Below, piece after piece: positions 10,003 through 18,129 of a stretch of 64,000 nucleotides of DNA. Source of the DNA: Clostridia bacterium. Its GTDB lineage: Bacteria > Bacillota > Clostridia > Christensenellales > QALW01. Under the pieces are notes generated by a model. The model made no database searches, was not told the origin of the DNA, and saw only the letters and a program-made list of their open reading frames with translations. A program made the position numbers and the translations under genes. Position 1 is the first letter of the stretch. Each line of letters opens with the position of its first letter. The stretch is from NCBI GenBank assembly GCA_045601365.1, contig JAZRZN010000002.1, positions 20,376 through 84,375 on the forward strand. Direction: 5' to 3'.

Positions 10003-10500
10003 TTGAAACATACATTGGATATAAGAAAACCGACACGGTTGAAATGCTTTGATTATTCGGCAAACGGATATTACTTTATTACGGTATGCACGGAAAATAA
10101 ACAGAAAATAATGTGTAATATCGTAGGGTGCGGCGTCCTCGACGCACCGAAAACAGAATTATCCGATATCGGTAAGACCGTAAAAAAGCAACTTGATTTT
10201 ATGGACGATTTTTATAACGATATTAAAATCGACAAGTATGTAATAATGCCGAATCACTTGCATTTGATATTGAAAATAAGGCGTGACAGCGGTGCGTCGG
10301 GGACACCGCATCCTACGAATAATGTGTTATCGTGTTTTGTCGGATCATTCAAACGTTTTACAAACAGAGCCGTCGGCAAAAATATTTGGCAAAAATCGTT
10401 TTACGACCATATAATCCGTGATGAAAACGATTATTTGAGAATATGTGAATATATCGACGCTAATCCTGCAAAATGGGCTGATGATGAATATTACACATAA
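10003..10500 (+). CDS. REP-associated tyrosine transposase-like protein (RAYT; Y1 HUH, IS200-like fold)
   Basis: HUH motif in IMPNHLHLIL. Catalytic Tyr context WQKSFYDHIIRDENDY. Typical N-terminus RKPTRLKCFDYSANGYYFITVCT. Start uncertain (TTG 10003 or 10015); the track start 9910 is unlikely. Confidence 0.75.
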   Translation: MKHTLDIRKPTRLKCFDYSANGYYFITVCTENKQKIMCNIVGCGVLDAPKTELSDIGKTVKKQLDFMDDFYNDIKIDKYVIMPNHLHLILKIRRDSGASGTPHPTNNVLSCFVGSFKRFTNRAVGKNIWQKSFYDHIIRDENDYLRICEYIDANPAKWADDEYYT

Positions 10501-10520
10501 AAACCTACAAAGCTTTACGG

Positions 10521-10674
10521 TGCGTCGGGGACGCCGCACCCTACGGGCAATAGTGTTGCGTAGCGTGCATCGCGGACGCCGCACCCTACGGGCAATAGTG
10601 TTGTGTAGCATGCATCGGGGACGCCGCACCCTACGGGCAATAGTGCTGTGTAGCATGCATCGTGGACGCCGCAC
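10521..10674. repeat. 45-bp tandem repeat, 3.4 copies, each containing a REP-like palindrome
   Basis: Units at 10521-10565, 10566-10610, 10611-10655 and partial 10656-10674. Consensus TGCRTCGNGGACGCCGCACCCTACGGGCAATAGTGYTGYGTAGCR, with only 1-4 differences between units. Confidence 0.9.
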
Positions 10675-10768
10675 AATTCTGATAGTTTCCAACCATTGCA
10701 TGAATAGGATGAAGTACCGAGAAAACTGCTTTCAAACGAGGTGACCACCTACGGACAGCGCAACCGAA

Positions 10769-11065
10769 ATGCTGATATTGCTTGACACATATGAAAAGCT
10801 TTTGACCGATACGCAGGCAAAAATACTGCGCATGCGCTTTGATGAGGACATGTCACTTTCGGAAATAGGTGAGCTTTGTTCGGTTTCGCGGCAAGCTGCG
10901 CATGATGCGATAGTCAAGGGTGAACAGAAGCTCAGGTTTTATGAAGAAAATCTTCATCTTGCAAAAAAGGAAAACGACATCCGCAACTTGATTTCCTTAA
11001 TGAAAAAAGAAAATGCGGATATAAAATATATCGACCTGCTTGAAAAACTAACGGAGGAACAGTAA
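10769..11065 (+). CDS. ylxM: YlxM/p13-like putative DNA-binding protein (UPF0122), first gene of the ffh operon
   Basis: 98 aa. Pattern LLDTYEKLLTDTQAKILRMRFDEDMSLSEIGELCSVSRQAAHDAI. It overlaps the ffh start (ATGA-type junction). Confidence 0.85.
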   Translation: MLILLDTYEKLLTDTQAKILRMRFDEDMSLSEIGELCSVSRQAAHDAIVKGEQKLRFYEENLHLAKKENDIRNLISLMKKENADIKYIDLLEKLTEEQ

Positions 11066-12414
11066 TGGCTTTTGAGGGACTTACCGAAAAACTTCAGAGA
11101 GTATTCAAAGGACTTAAGAGCCACGGCAAGCTTACCGAAAACGACGTAAAGGAGGCTATGCGCGAGGTGCGCATGGCTTTGCTTGAAGCCGATGTAAACT
11201 TTGCCGTAGCGCGTGATTTTGTCAAAAAAGTCACCGAAAAGGCCGTCGGCGAAAATGTACTCAACAGTCTTACACCCGGTCAGCAGGTAATCAAAATAGT
11301 AAACGACGAGCTTACCGAGCTTATGGGCGCGACGAATGCAAAGCTCACCGTTTCGTCACAGCTCCCGTCGATATATATGCTTTGCGGTCTGCAGGGCGCA
11401 GGTAAAACGACCATGTGCGCGAAGCTCGGCGGACATCTTAAAAAGCAGGGCAAAAAACCGTTGCTCGTTGCATGCGATATATACCGTCCCGCCGCCATAG
11501 ATCAGCTTAAGGTCGTCGGCGCACAGCTTGATATCGCAGTGTTCGACCGCGGCACGCAAAGCCCCATAAAAACAGCGCAGGAAGCGATAGCTTATGCAAA
11601 AAGCTATCTTTACGATACGGTGATACTTGATACGGCAGGTCGTCTGCATATAGACGAAGAGCTGATGAATGAGCTTGTCGATATCAAAAAGCAGGTGCGT
11701 CCCACCGAAATTTTGCTTACCGTTGACGCAATGACAGGTCAGGATGCCGTGAACGTCGCTCAGAGCTTTAACGAAAAGCTCGGTATCGACGGCGTTATTT
11801 TGACAAAGCTTGACGGCGATGCCCGAGGCGGTGCCGCAATGAGTGTCAAGGCGGTCACCGGCAAGCCGATAAAGTTCGCAGGTATAGGCGAAAAGCTTGA
11901 GGATATCGAGGTTTTTCACCCCGACAGAATGGCATCGAGAATACTCGGCATGGGCGACGTGCTTTCGCTTATCGAAAAAGCGCAGGAAAACTTCGACGAA
12001 GAGGAAAGCTCCAAGCTCGTTGACAGGATCAAGCAAAACAAATTCGATTTGCAGGATTTCTTGGATCAGTTCAAGCAGATGCGTAAAATGGGTTCGATGA
12101 AGGATATACTGAAATCGCTTCCGCCGATCCCCGGTCTTGATACAAGCAAGCTTTCTCAGCAGGAAATCGACGAAAAACGTATAGACCGCATAGAAGCGAT
12201 AATACTTTCCATGACGAAAAAGGAACGCAAGAATCCAGATATACTGAACGCATCGCGCAGACGGCGTATCGCCGCCGGAAGCGGCACGACCGTTCAGGAG
12301 GTCAACCAGATGATAAAGCAGTTCGAGCAGACAAAAACAATGATGAAACGCTTCGGTCTGTTTTCAAAAAAAGGCGGAGGAATGCCCAGAGGCGGCTTCC
12401 CCAAATTCAGATAA
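11065..12414 (+). CDS. ffh: signal recognition particle protein Ffh
   Basis: 449 aa. GLQGAGKTT, DTAGR, TKLDGD and a Met-rich M domain. Confidence 0.97.
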   Translation: MAFEGLTEKLQRVFKGLKSHGKLTENDVKEAMREVRMALLEADVNFAVARDFVKKVTEKAVGENVLNSLTPGQQVIKIVNDELTELMGATNAKLTVSSQLPSIYMLCGLQGAGKTTMCAKLGGHLKKQGKKPLLVACDIYRPAAIDQLKVVGAQLDIAVFDRGTQSPIKTAQEAIAYAKSYLYDTVILDTAGRLHIDEELMNELVDIKKQVRPTEILLTVDAMTGQDAVNVAQSFNEKLGIDGVILTKLDGDARGGAAMSVKAVTGKPIKFAGIGEKLEDIEVFHPDRMASRILGMGDVLSLIEKAQENFDEEESSKLVDRIKQNKFDLQDFLDQFKQMRKMGSMKDILKSLPPIPGLDTSKLSQQEIDEKRIDRIEAIILSMTKKERKNPDILNASRRRRIAAGSGTTVQEVNQMIKQFEQTKTMMKRFGLFSKKGGGMPRGGFPKFR

Positions 12415-12469
12415 GCTGATTATTGCATTGCAATAAAAATATTTTTATTTTATATCGGAGGATAAAAAA

Positions 12470-12709
12470 ATGGTTAAAATCAGACTTAAGAGACTTGGTG
12501 CAAAGAAGGCTCCCTTCTATCGCGTTGTAGTAAGCGAGAGCAGAAACGCCCGTAACGGCAAATCGATCGATTATATCGGTTATTACAATCCCATGACAGA
12601 TCCCGCCGAGATCAAAATCGACGTTGAAGCCGCTAAGGAATGGATCGCCAAGGGCGCACAGCCGTCAGAGACTGTTAAGAAGCTTCTTACCATTGCCGGT
12701 CTTGAATAA
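12470..12709 (+). CDS. rpsP: 30S ribosomal protein S16
   Basis: 79 aa. [21 protein letters not shown]. Confidence 0.97.
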   Translation: MVKIRLKRLGAKKAPFYRVVVSESRNARNGKSIDYIGYYNPMTDPAEIKIDVEAAKEWIAKGAQPSETVKKLLTIAGLE

Positions 12710-12723
12710 TTCGGGTGATAAAC

Positions 12724-12951
12724 GTGGAAGCTTTAGTCGAATACATAGTTAAACAGCTTGTTGCCGACAAAGATCAGGTAAATATCACCCGTGTAGAGCG
12801 TGATGACGCCACCGTTATAGAGGTGCGCGTAGCACCGAACGATATGGGCAAGATAATCGGCAAGCAAGGCAAGATAGCACGCGCTATCCGTACCGTGGTA
12901 AAAGCGGCTTCGGCAAAGGAAGAAAAGCGTGTGATAGTCGATATCATCTGA
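12724..12951 (+). CDS. KH-domain RNA-binding protein (YlqC/UPF0109)
   Basis: GKIIGKQGKIARAIRTVV KH motif. The GTG at 12724 follows GGGTGA; the track start 12715 is also possible. Confidence 0.85.
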   Translation: MEALVEYIVKQLVADKDQVNITRVERDDATVIEVRVAPNDMGKIIGKQGKIARAIRTVVKAASAKEEKRVIVDII

Positions 12952-12952
12952 T

Positions 12953-13468
12953 ATGGAATATATCAGGATAGGTGTCGTTTCCAAGCCGCAGGGTATACGC
13001 GGCGAATTGAAAATAGTCCCGCTTACCGACGATATCGACAGATTCAATGAGCTTGAATTTGTTTTTGTCGAGGATAGGGGACAGTATATCGGGTATAACG
13101 TAAAAGGCACGCGCATCACTGACGGGTGTGCCTTTTTGTTGCTTGAAAAAATTTATACGCGCGATGAAGCCGAAATGCTTCGCGGTAAGTATATCTGCGT
13201 GGACCGCGCTCACGCCATAGTTCCGCCCGAGGGAAGTTACTTTATTTTCGATCTTGTCGGCTGTGAAGTGATCACAGATGAAGGCAAGAGTCTCGGTAAG
13301 GTCACGGAAGTGCTTCAGCCGGGCGCAAACGATGTCTATGTCGTCAACGGCGAAAAAGAAGTGCTTATCCCCGCGGTAAAAAGCTTTGTGCTTGATATCA
13401 ACATCGAAAAGAAGCTTATCACCGTAGCGGGCAAAATGCTCCAAGAGGTCGTTGTCTATGAAGATTAG
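12953..13468 (+). CDS. rimM: 16S rRNA processing protein RimM
   Basis: 171 aa. IGVVSKPQGIRGELKI and a PRC-barrel C-terminus. Conserved rpsP-KH-rimM-trmD order. Confidence 0.9.
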   Translation: MEYIRIGVVSKPQGIRGELKIVPLTDDIDRFNELEFVFVEDRGQYIGYNVKGTRITDGCAFLLLEKIYTRDEAEMLRGKYICVDRAHAIVPPEGSYFIFDLVGCEVITDEGKSLGKVTEVLQPGANDVYVVNGEKEVLIPAVKSFVLDINIEKKLITVAGKMLQEVVVYED

Positions 13469-14201
13469 CGTGCTGACGGTTTTTCCCGAAATGCTTAAGC
13501 CTATGATAGAAAGCAGTATTCTGGGCAGAGCCGTGAAAAACGGGCTTATCGAAATAGAGCTTGTCAATATACGCGATTTCAGCGATAAAAAGCACAAGAA
13601 TACCGACGATTATCCGTTCGGCGGGGGAGTGGGCATGCTCATGTTGCCGCAACCGATATTCGCCGCGTTCGAAAGCGTAAAAACGCCGGAGTGCATGAGC
13701 ATATACATGTCGCCGCAGGGCGAGGTGCTTTCACAACAGCTTGCAAAGGAGTTTTCCGAGCAAAAGCATCTTATAATCCTTTGCGGGCATTATGAGGGCG
13801 TGGATCAGCGCGTGCTTGATGCGCTTATCGACAAGGAGGTTTCGATAGGTGATTATGTTCTGACCGGCGGTGAGCTTGCCGCGCTTGTGGTGATAGATGC
13901 CACTGCACGCTTTATCGACGGCGTACTCGGAAGCGTTGACAGCGCATATGAGGACAGCTTTTCGGACGGACTTCTTGAAGCGCCGCAGTATACGCGTCCC
14001 GCTGAATTTATGGGAATGCGTGTGCCGGATGTGCTTCTTAACGGAAATCACGCACATATCGCGGCATGGCAACGCGAAATGCAGCTCCGCGTGACACTTC
14101 AAAAACGTCCCGAGCTTATTGAAAAAGCCGATTTGAGCAAGGAAGATAAAAAAATACTGAAAAAAATACTTGAAGAGCAAAAAAACGCTTGCGCAAAATA
14201 A
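13458..14201 (+). CDS. trmD: tRNA (guanine37-N1)-methyltransferase TrmD
   Basis: [12 protein letters not shown]..., GGGVGMLM and GHYEGVDQR motifs. ATG 13458 is preferred over TTG 13452. Confidence 0.95.
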   Translation: MKISVLTVFPEMLKPMIESSILGRAVKNGLIEIELVNIRDFSDKKHKNTDDYPFGGGVGMLMLPQPIFAAFESVKTPECMSIYMSPQGEVLSQQLAKEFSEQKHLIILCGHYEGVDQRVLDALIDKEVSIGDYVLTGGELAALVVIDATARFIDGVLGSVDSAYEDSFSDGLLEAPQYTRPAEFMGMRVPDVLLNGNHAHIAAWQREMQLRVTLQKRPELIEKADLSKEDKKILKKILEEQKNACAK

Positions 14202-14217
14202 AAAACTGTGGTATATT
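14189..14217 (+). promoter_or_regulatory. promoter for rplS with extended -10, followed by a ~75-nt leader
   Basis: TTGCGC (14189-14194), 17 nt, TGgTATATT (-10 at 14212-14217). The leader 14218-14293 may correspond to the L19 autoregulatory leader known in Firmicutes; its structure was not verified. Confidence 0.45.
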
Positions 14218-14293
14218 ATTACAGCATTACGGATGGTCCGCTCAGCCGTGTATATCCGAGCTGATGAACATCTATGATTATAGGAGAAATATT

Positions 14294-14635
14294 ATGGAAC
14301 TTATCAGAGCTATTGAAGCCGAACAGCTTCGTACCGACATCCCCGATTTCAATGTCGGCGACACCGTAAAGGTCATGGTAAAGGTAGTCGAGGGTACACG
14401 CGAGAGATTGCAGGCATTCGAAGGTACGGTTATCGCCCGTAAGAACGGCAGCACCCGTGAGACCTTCACTGTTCGCCGTGTTGCTTACGGCGTTGGCGTT
14501 GAACGTACGTTCCCCGTACATTCACCCAGACTCGGCAGCATCACGATCGTACGCAAGGGTCGCGTTCGCAGAGCAAAGCTTTATTATCTGCGTGACCGTA
14601 TCGGTAAGGCGGCAAAGGTCAAAGAGCTTCAGTAA
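14294..14635 (+). CDS. rplS: 50S ribosomal protein L19
   Basis: Start moved to ATG 14294 ([27 protein letters not shown]), which follows AGGAGA. The track start 14189 lies in the promoter/leader. Confidence 0.95.
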   Translation: MELIRAIEAEQLRTDIPDFNVGDTVKVMVKVVEGTRERLQAFEGTVIARKNGSTRETFTVRRVAYGVGVERTFPVHSPRLGSITIVRKGRVRRAKLYYLRDRIGKAAKVKELQ

Positions 14636-14645
14636 AAATACGAAA

Positions 14646-14682
14646 AGACAGTGTGTGCTTCCATGTACACACTGTTTTTTTG
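14646..14682 (+). terminator. rho-independent terminator of the ffh-rplS operon
   Basis: ACAGTGTGT (14648-14656) pairs with ACACACTGT (14666-14674), followed by T7. Confidence 0.8.
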
Positions 14683-14833
14683 CAATCTGCTGTAAAAAAG
14701 ATATACGGAGCGAACAGGCAGTATATCCGATTGAAAAAAGTTTTTTTGAAAAATATGCAACCGACGCTGTTAAAAAAACGCTTTATATGGTGTAAGGTCT
14801 TACAAAACGATTCACGGAAGGAGGTCAGGGCTT

Positions 14834-15394
14834 TTGGAAGATGACATGATCGTTCAGCTTTATATGGATCGCAATGAAAGCGCGATCCGTTTTTCGTCCG
14901 AAAAATACGGCTCCCGTCTGCGTGCATTGGCAATGGGCATCACTTCGGATTTCCAGATATCTGAAGAATGCGAGAATGATACATACCTGCAGGCATGGAA
15001 GCTTATTCCTCCCAATGAGCCGAGAACATATCTGTATGCTTTTCTTGCCAGTATCACACGGCATATTTCCATTGACTGCTGCCGTAAACGTGCAAGCCTG
15101 AAGCGCGGCGGATACATTGCGGAGCTGAGTAAAGAAATGGAAATGTGTCTGCCTGCATCGGAAAATGTTGAAAGCATAATCGCCGAAGAAGAGCTTGGTA
15201 AGGCGATCGGCAACTATCTTTATACGCTTTCACAGGAGAAACGGGTGATCTTTGTGCGCAGGTATTTTTATTTGGATTCTATCGCGGAAATAAGTAAAAG
15301 ATGTGCCGTCAGCGAAAGCAAGGTGAAATCGTCACTCTTTCGAATCCGCAATGATATCCGTAATTATTTGATCAAGGAGGGCTATACACTATGA
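14834..15394 (+). CDS. RNA polymerase sigma-70 family (ECF-type) sigma factor
   Basis: 186 aa. Region 2 (ECENDTYLQAWKLI) and region 4 HTH (LDSIAEISKRCAVSESKVKSSLFRIRNDI). TTG start 9 nt after AGGAGG. Confidence 0.8.
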   Translation: MEDDMIVQLYMDRNESAIRFSSEKYGSRLRALAMGITSDFQISEECENDTYLQAWKLIPPNEPRTYLYAFLASITRHISIDCCRKRASLKRGGYIAELSKEMEMCLPASENVESIIAEEELGKAIGNYLYTLSQEKRVIFVRRYFYLDSIAEISKRCAVSESKVKSSLFRIRNDIRNYLIKEGYTL

Positions 15395-16068
15395 AGAAAG
15401 AAAGAGCAATTTATTCTATGGAGCATATCGATCCGGATCTTATCAGTGAGGCTGAAAACTACAAAGGGGCAAAGAAAAGCAACATATGGATCAAATTGGG
15501 CGCGATAGCCGCCTGCCTGTGTTTGGTCGTCGGTTCGGTATTTGCGATCTCGTCTGTTGCAAATAACAAAAATGCGCTATACGGTGATGACAAAAACGCT
15601 GTTACGGCGGCAGGCGCTGGTGAAGATGAGAGCCGCGCAGGCAGTATGCCGGACGGTATTGACCCGATAGCAGCCAGTGTTGCAGTGTACCCTGCCGACA
15701 GAGAGCTTTCCGAGGTTGCCGATGCAACGATGGATGAAATAAATGAATCCGAGGCGAGAGCTACCGAGCTTGGACATCATTTTCCGACAACCGTTCCGGC
15801 AGGTTATCGCTTCAAAGTTGCAAGCATCTATGAGACGACCATGAAAGACGGAACAAAATACCGTCTTTTAAGGATCCGTTATACGAACGGGGATAGTTCG
15901 GATACTTCTGTTCATCCTGAAGAATTTTCTGTCCAGCTGACGGATTTCCGCCCGAACGCGAACAAAACGGTATATACGGTCGATTCGCTCCCGGATGTGT
16001 TCGTTGTATTCAATGTCGGGGCTTTAACGCATGACGAGATCATGTCGGTTTTGAGGTCAATTAACTGA
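15391..16068 (+). CDS. putative anti-sigma factor / single-pass membrane protein
   Basis: 4-nt overlap with the sigma gene. Short cytoplasmic N-terminus, one TM (IKLGAIAACLCLVVGSVFAI), extracytoplasmic C-domain. Function inferred from context only. Confidence 0.5.
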   Translation: MKKERAIYSMEHIDPDLISEAENYKGAKKSNIWIKLGAIAACLCLVVGSVFAISSVANNKNALYGDDKNAVTAAGAGEDESRAGSMPDGIDPIAASVAVYPADRELSEVADATMDEINESEARATELGHHFPTTVPAGYRFKVASIYETTMKDGTKYRLLRIRYTNGDSSDTSVHPEEFSVQLTDFRPNANKTVYTVDSLPDVFVVFNVGALTHDEIMSVLRSIN

Positions 16069-16117
16069 TAGCATGAGAACCCACCGAAAACGGCTGCTTT
16101 TCCGAAAAAATACCCGA

Positions 16118-16696
16118 TCACAAAAAAGCAGGGTAAAAAGCAGATGTAAGATACTCGCTTTGATTTATCACTTCGCGTGACACTATACTGTTCGTGTTAA
16201 GCTGACCTGCACTTTTAACTGTTATCGGCATTTCGGATGTGACATATACCATGATTATTCCGTCGGCGAGCGTGCTGTAGCTTCCGTTTTCGCCCGATGC
16301 GATGTTGTCTGCAAAAAATGAATAATGTACGGTCAGGTCAAATGGCCAGGCCGTGCTTTGCGGAGTGTTCATCTGCATGCTTACAGGAACATAAAGCGTT
16401 GCCGGAGCAGTACCGTTATTTCCCTGATAAACATATGTGAGTACGGCGGGAAGCTCAAGTGTTCCGCTGACGGCGGAAAAATCGGCATTGAATTGCGGAA
16501 TGATACTCAATGTGCTTCCGGCACTTATTTTTCCCGTGCTGCCGGCATAAAGCGGTGTTATATCCGGCAGAGCCGTCTGAACGGTCATCGCAAGACGGCG
16601 ACGGTCAAGATCCATGCGTACATTATCGAATATCCGCGGAGCGAGGAATGAAACGGTTGAAATATTATCGTTTATACCGCAGGTGGAACAAGACAT
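16118..16696 (-). CDS. hypothetical protein (192 aa, MSCSTCG N-terminus, beta-rich, no signal peptide)
   Basis: Good SD (AAGGGAG, 8 nt, ATG). No family recognised. Confidence 0.6.
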   Translation of the reverse strand: MSCSTCGINDNISTVSFLAPRIFDNVRMDLDRRRLAMTVQTALPDITPLYAGSTGKISAGSTLSIIPQFNADFSAVSGTLELPAVLTYVYQGNNGTAPATLYVPVSMQMNTPQSTAWPFDLTVHYSFFADNIASGENGSYSTLADGIIMVYVTSEMPITVKSAGQLNTNSIVSREVINQSEYLTSAFYPAFL

Positions 16697-16978
16697 AATA
16701 AAAACTCCCTTATGCGCTGAATTATTGTACTATAGTATATGCAGCGCCGATATGATATATGAAAGCGGAAATCCCGTAACGGAAGAACGTTGTCGCCGTG
16801 CCGAAGCTCAAGGTACGGCGACATTCATTTGCCGGCGGATACGGCTCGGTAAAGCTGTTTTGCATCATCATCCGCTGTTTTTTTGAATGCGGGCTTTTGC
16901 AATATTGAAATTTTGCCTGCAATTATACATTCCTTGTCGTCTTTATTCGTTTACAGCGGTAAAAATGCTTTACATTCT

Positions 16979-17007
16979 GCTTCAAATATGGTATTATATG
17001 CAATAAC
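16979..17007 (+). promoter_or_regulatory. promoter of the asd-dapA-dapB operon
   Basis: TTTACA (16979-16984), 17 nt, TGgTATTAT (-10 at 17002-17007). Confidence 0.5.
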
Positions 17008-17036
17008 GTATTGTATATTTATTATGCGAGGTCAAT

Positions 17037-18119
17037 ATGGAAAAGTTAAATGTAGGTATCATAGGTGCCACGGGCATGGTTGGTCAGCGTTTCATCACAC
17101 TGCTTGCCGATCATCCGTGGTTCAATGTGGTCGCACTTGCGGCAAGCGCACGCAGTGCCGGAAAAACATACAGAGAGGCTATCGGCTCACGCTGGGTAAT
17201 GGATACGCCTATCCCCGAAAAAATAGCCGATATGACCGTTTTTGAAGCCACCGAGGATGCCGAAAAGCTTGCTTCGATGGTTCAGGTAGTGTTCTGCGCG
17301 GTGGATATGCCCAAGGCAGACATCAGGGCTCTTGAAGAAAAGTATGCACGGCTTGAAGTCGCAGTCATCTCCAACAACAGTGCGCATCGCGGAACACCCG
17401 ATGTTCCCATGATAATCCCCGAGCTGAATGCGGATCATTCCGAGGTCATAACAGCACAGAAAAAACGTCTCGGCACGAAGCGCGGTTTCATCGCGGTAAA
17501 ATCCAACTGCTCGCTTCAAAGCTATGTTCCCGCACTTTTCCCGCTTTCAAAGTTCGGAATTACGAATGTGCTTGCCTGCACATATCAGGCCATCAGCGGC
17601 GCAGGAAAGACCTTTGAGCGTTGGCCGGAAATGGTAGATAACCTCATTCCGTACATCGGCGGAGAGGAAGAAAAGAGCGAAAACGAGCCTCTCAAAATAT
17701 GGGGTCATGTTGAAAACGGCGTGATCGTACCCGCGAAATCACCTAACATCACGACGCAGTGTCTGCGCGTGCCCGTAACAAACGGTCATACCGCGGCAGT
17801 GTTCGCAAGCTTTGAAAAGAAGCCCGCTATTGACGAAATAATCGACATATGGAAGAATTTCAAGGGTGATCCGCAGATATTCGGTCTGCCGCATGCGCCC
17901 AAGCAGTTCCTTAATTATTTCACCGAAAACGATCAGCCGCAGATACGCACATCCCGTGAGCTTGAGGGCGGTATGGCGATATCTATCGGTCGTTTGCGTG
18001 AGGATAAGCAGTACGACATCAAATTCGTCTGCATGTCACATAACACACTTCGCGGTGCGGCGGGCGGCGCAGTTCTTATGGCTGAATTGCTCGTGGCTCA
18101 GGGCTTTATAGAAAAGTAA
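17037..18119 (+). CDS. asd: aspartate-semialdehyde dehydrogenase
   Basis: 360 aa. GATGMVGQRF NAD(P) motif and active-site SNCSLQS. Confidence 0.93.
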   Translation: MEKLNVGIIGATGMVGQRFITLLADHPWFNVVALAASARSAGKTYREAIGSRWVMDTPIPEKIADMTVFEATEDAEKLASMVQVVFCAVDMPKADIRALEEKYARLEVAVISNNSAHRGTPDVPMIIPELNADHSEVITAQKKRLGTKRGFIAVKSNCSLQSYVPALFPLSKFGITNVLACTYQAISGAGKTFERWPEMVDNLIPYIGGEEEKSENEPLKIWGHVENGVIVPAKSPNITTQCLRVPVTNGHTAAVFASFEKKPAIDEIIDIWKNFKGDPQIFGLPHAPKQFLNYFTENDQPQIRTSRELEGGMAISIGRLREDKQYDIKFVCMSHNTLRGAAGGAVLMAELLVAQGFIEK

Positions 18120-18129
18120 GAGGTACAAT

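Larger units (their letters stand above)
9910..10674 (+). mobile_element. RAYT gene plus adjacent REP-like array (REPtron-like unit)
   Basis: An HUH-Y1 gene is immediately followed by 3.4 tandem units, each carrying a GTAG-flanked imperfect palindrome. The same motif recurs at 58740-59002. Confidence 0.6.

Noticed and set aside
10521-10674. Possible CRISPR array
   Set aside because: The units are contiguous 45-bp repeats with no unique spacers. There are only 3.4 copies and no cas genes in the window.
10345-10748. ORFs 10345-10701 (-), 10445-10744 (+) and 10515-10748 (-) with internally repeated peptides (RRVRRPRC…, HRGRRTLRAIVL…)
   Set aside because: They are simply translations of the 45-bp (15-codon) tandem REP array in different frames, not genes.
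16697-17036. Lysine riboswitch (L-box) or other leader upstream of asd-dapA-dapB
   Set aside because: A good promoter (16979-17007) leaves only a ~30-nt leader, and I could not recognise L-box conserved segments. The hairpin TGTCGCCGT…ACGGCGACA (about 16800-16835) and the GCGGAT…ATCCGC+T7 structure remain unexplained, but they do not match a known riboswitch from memory.
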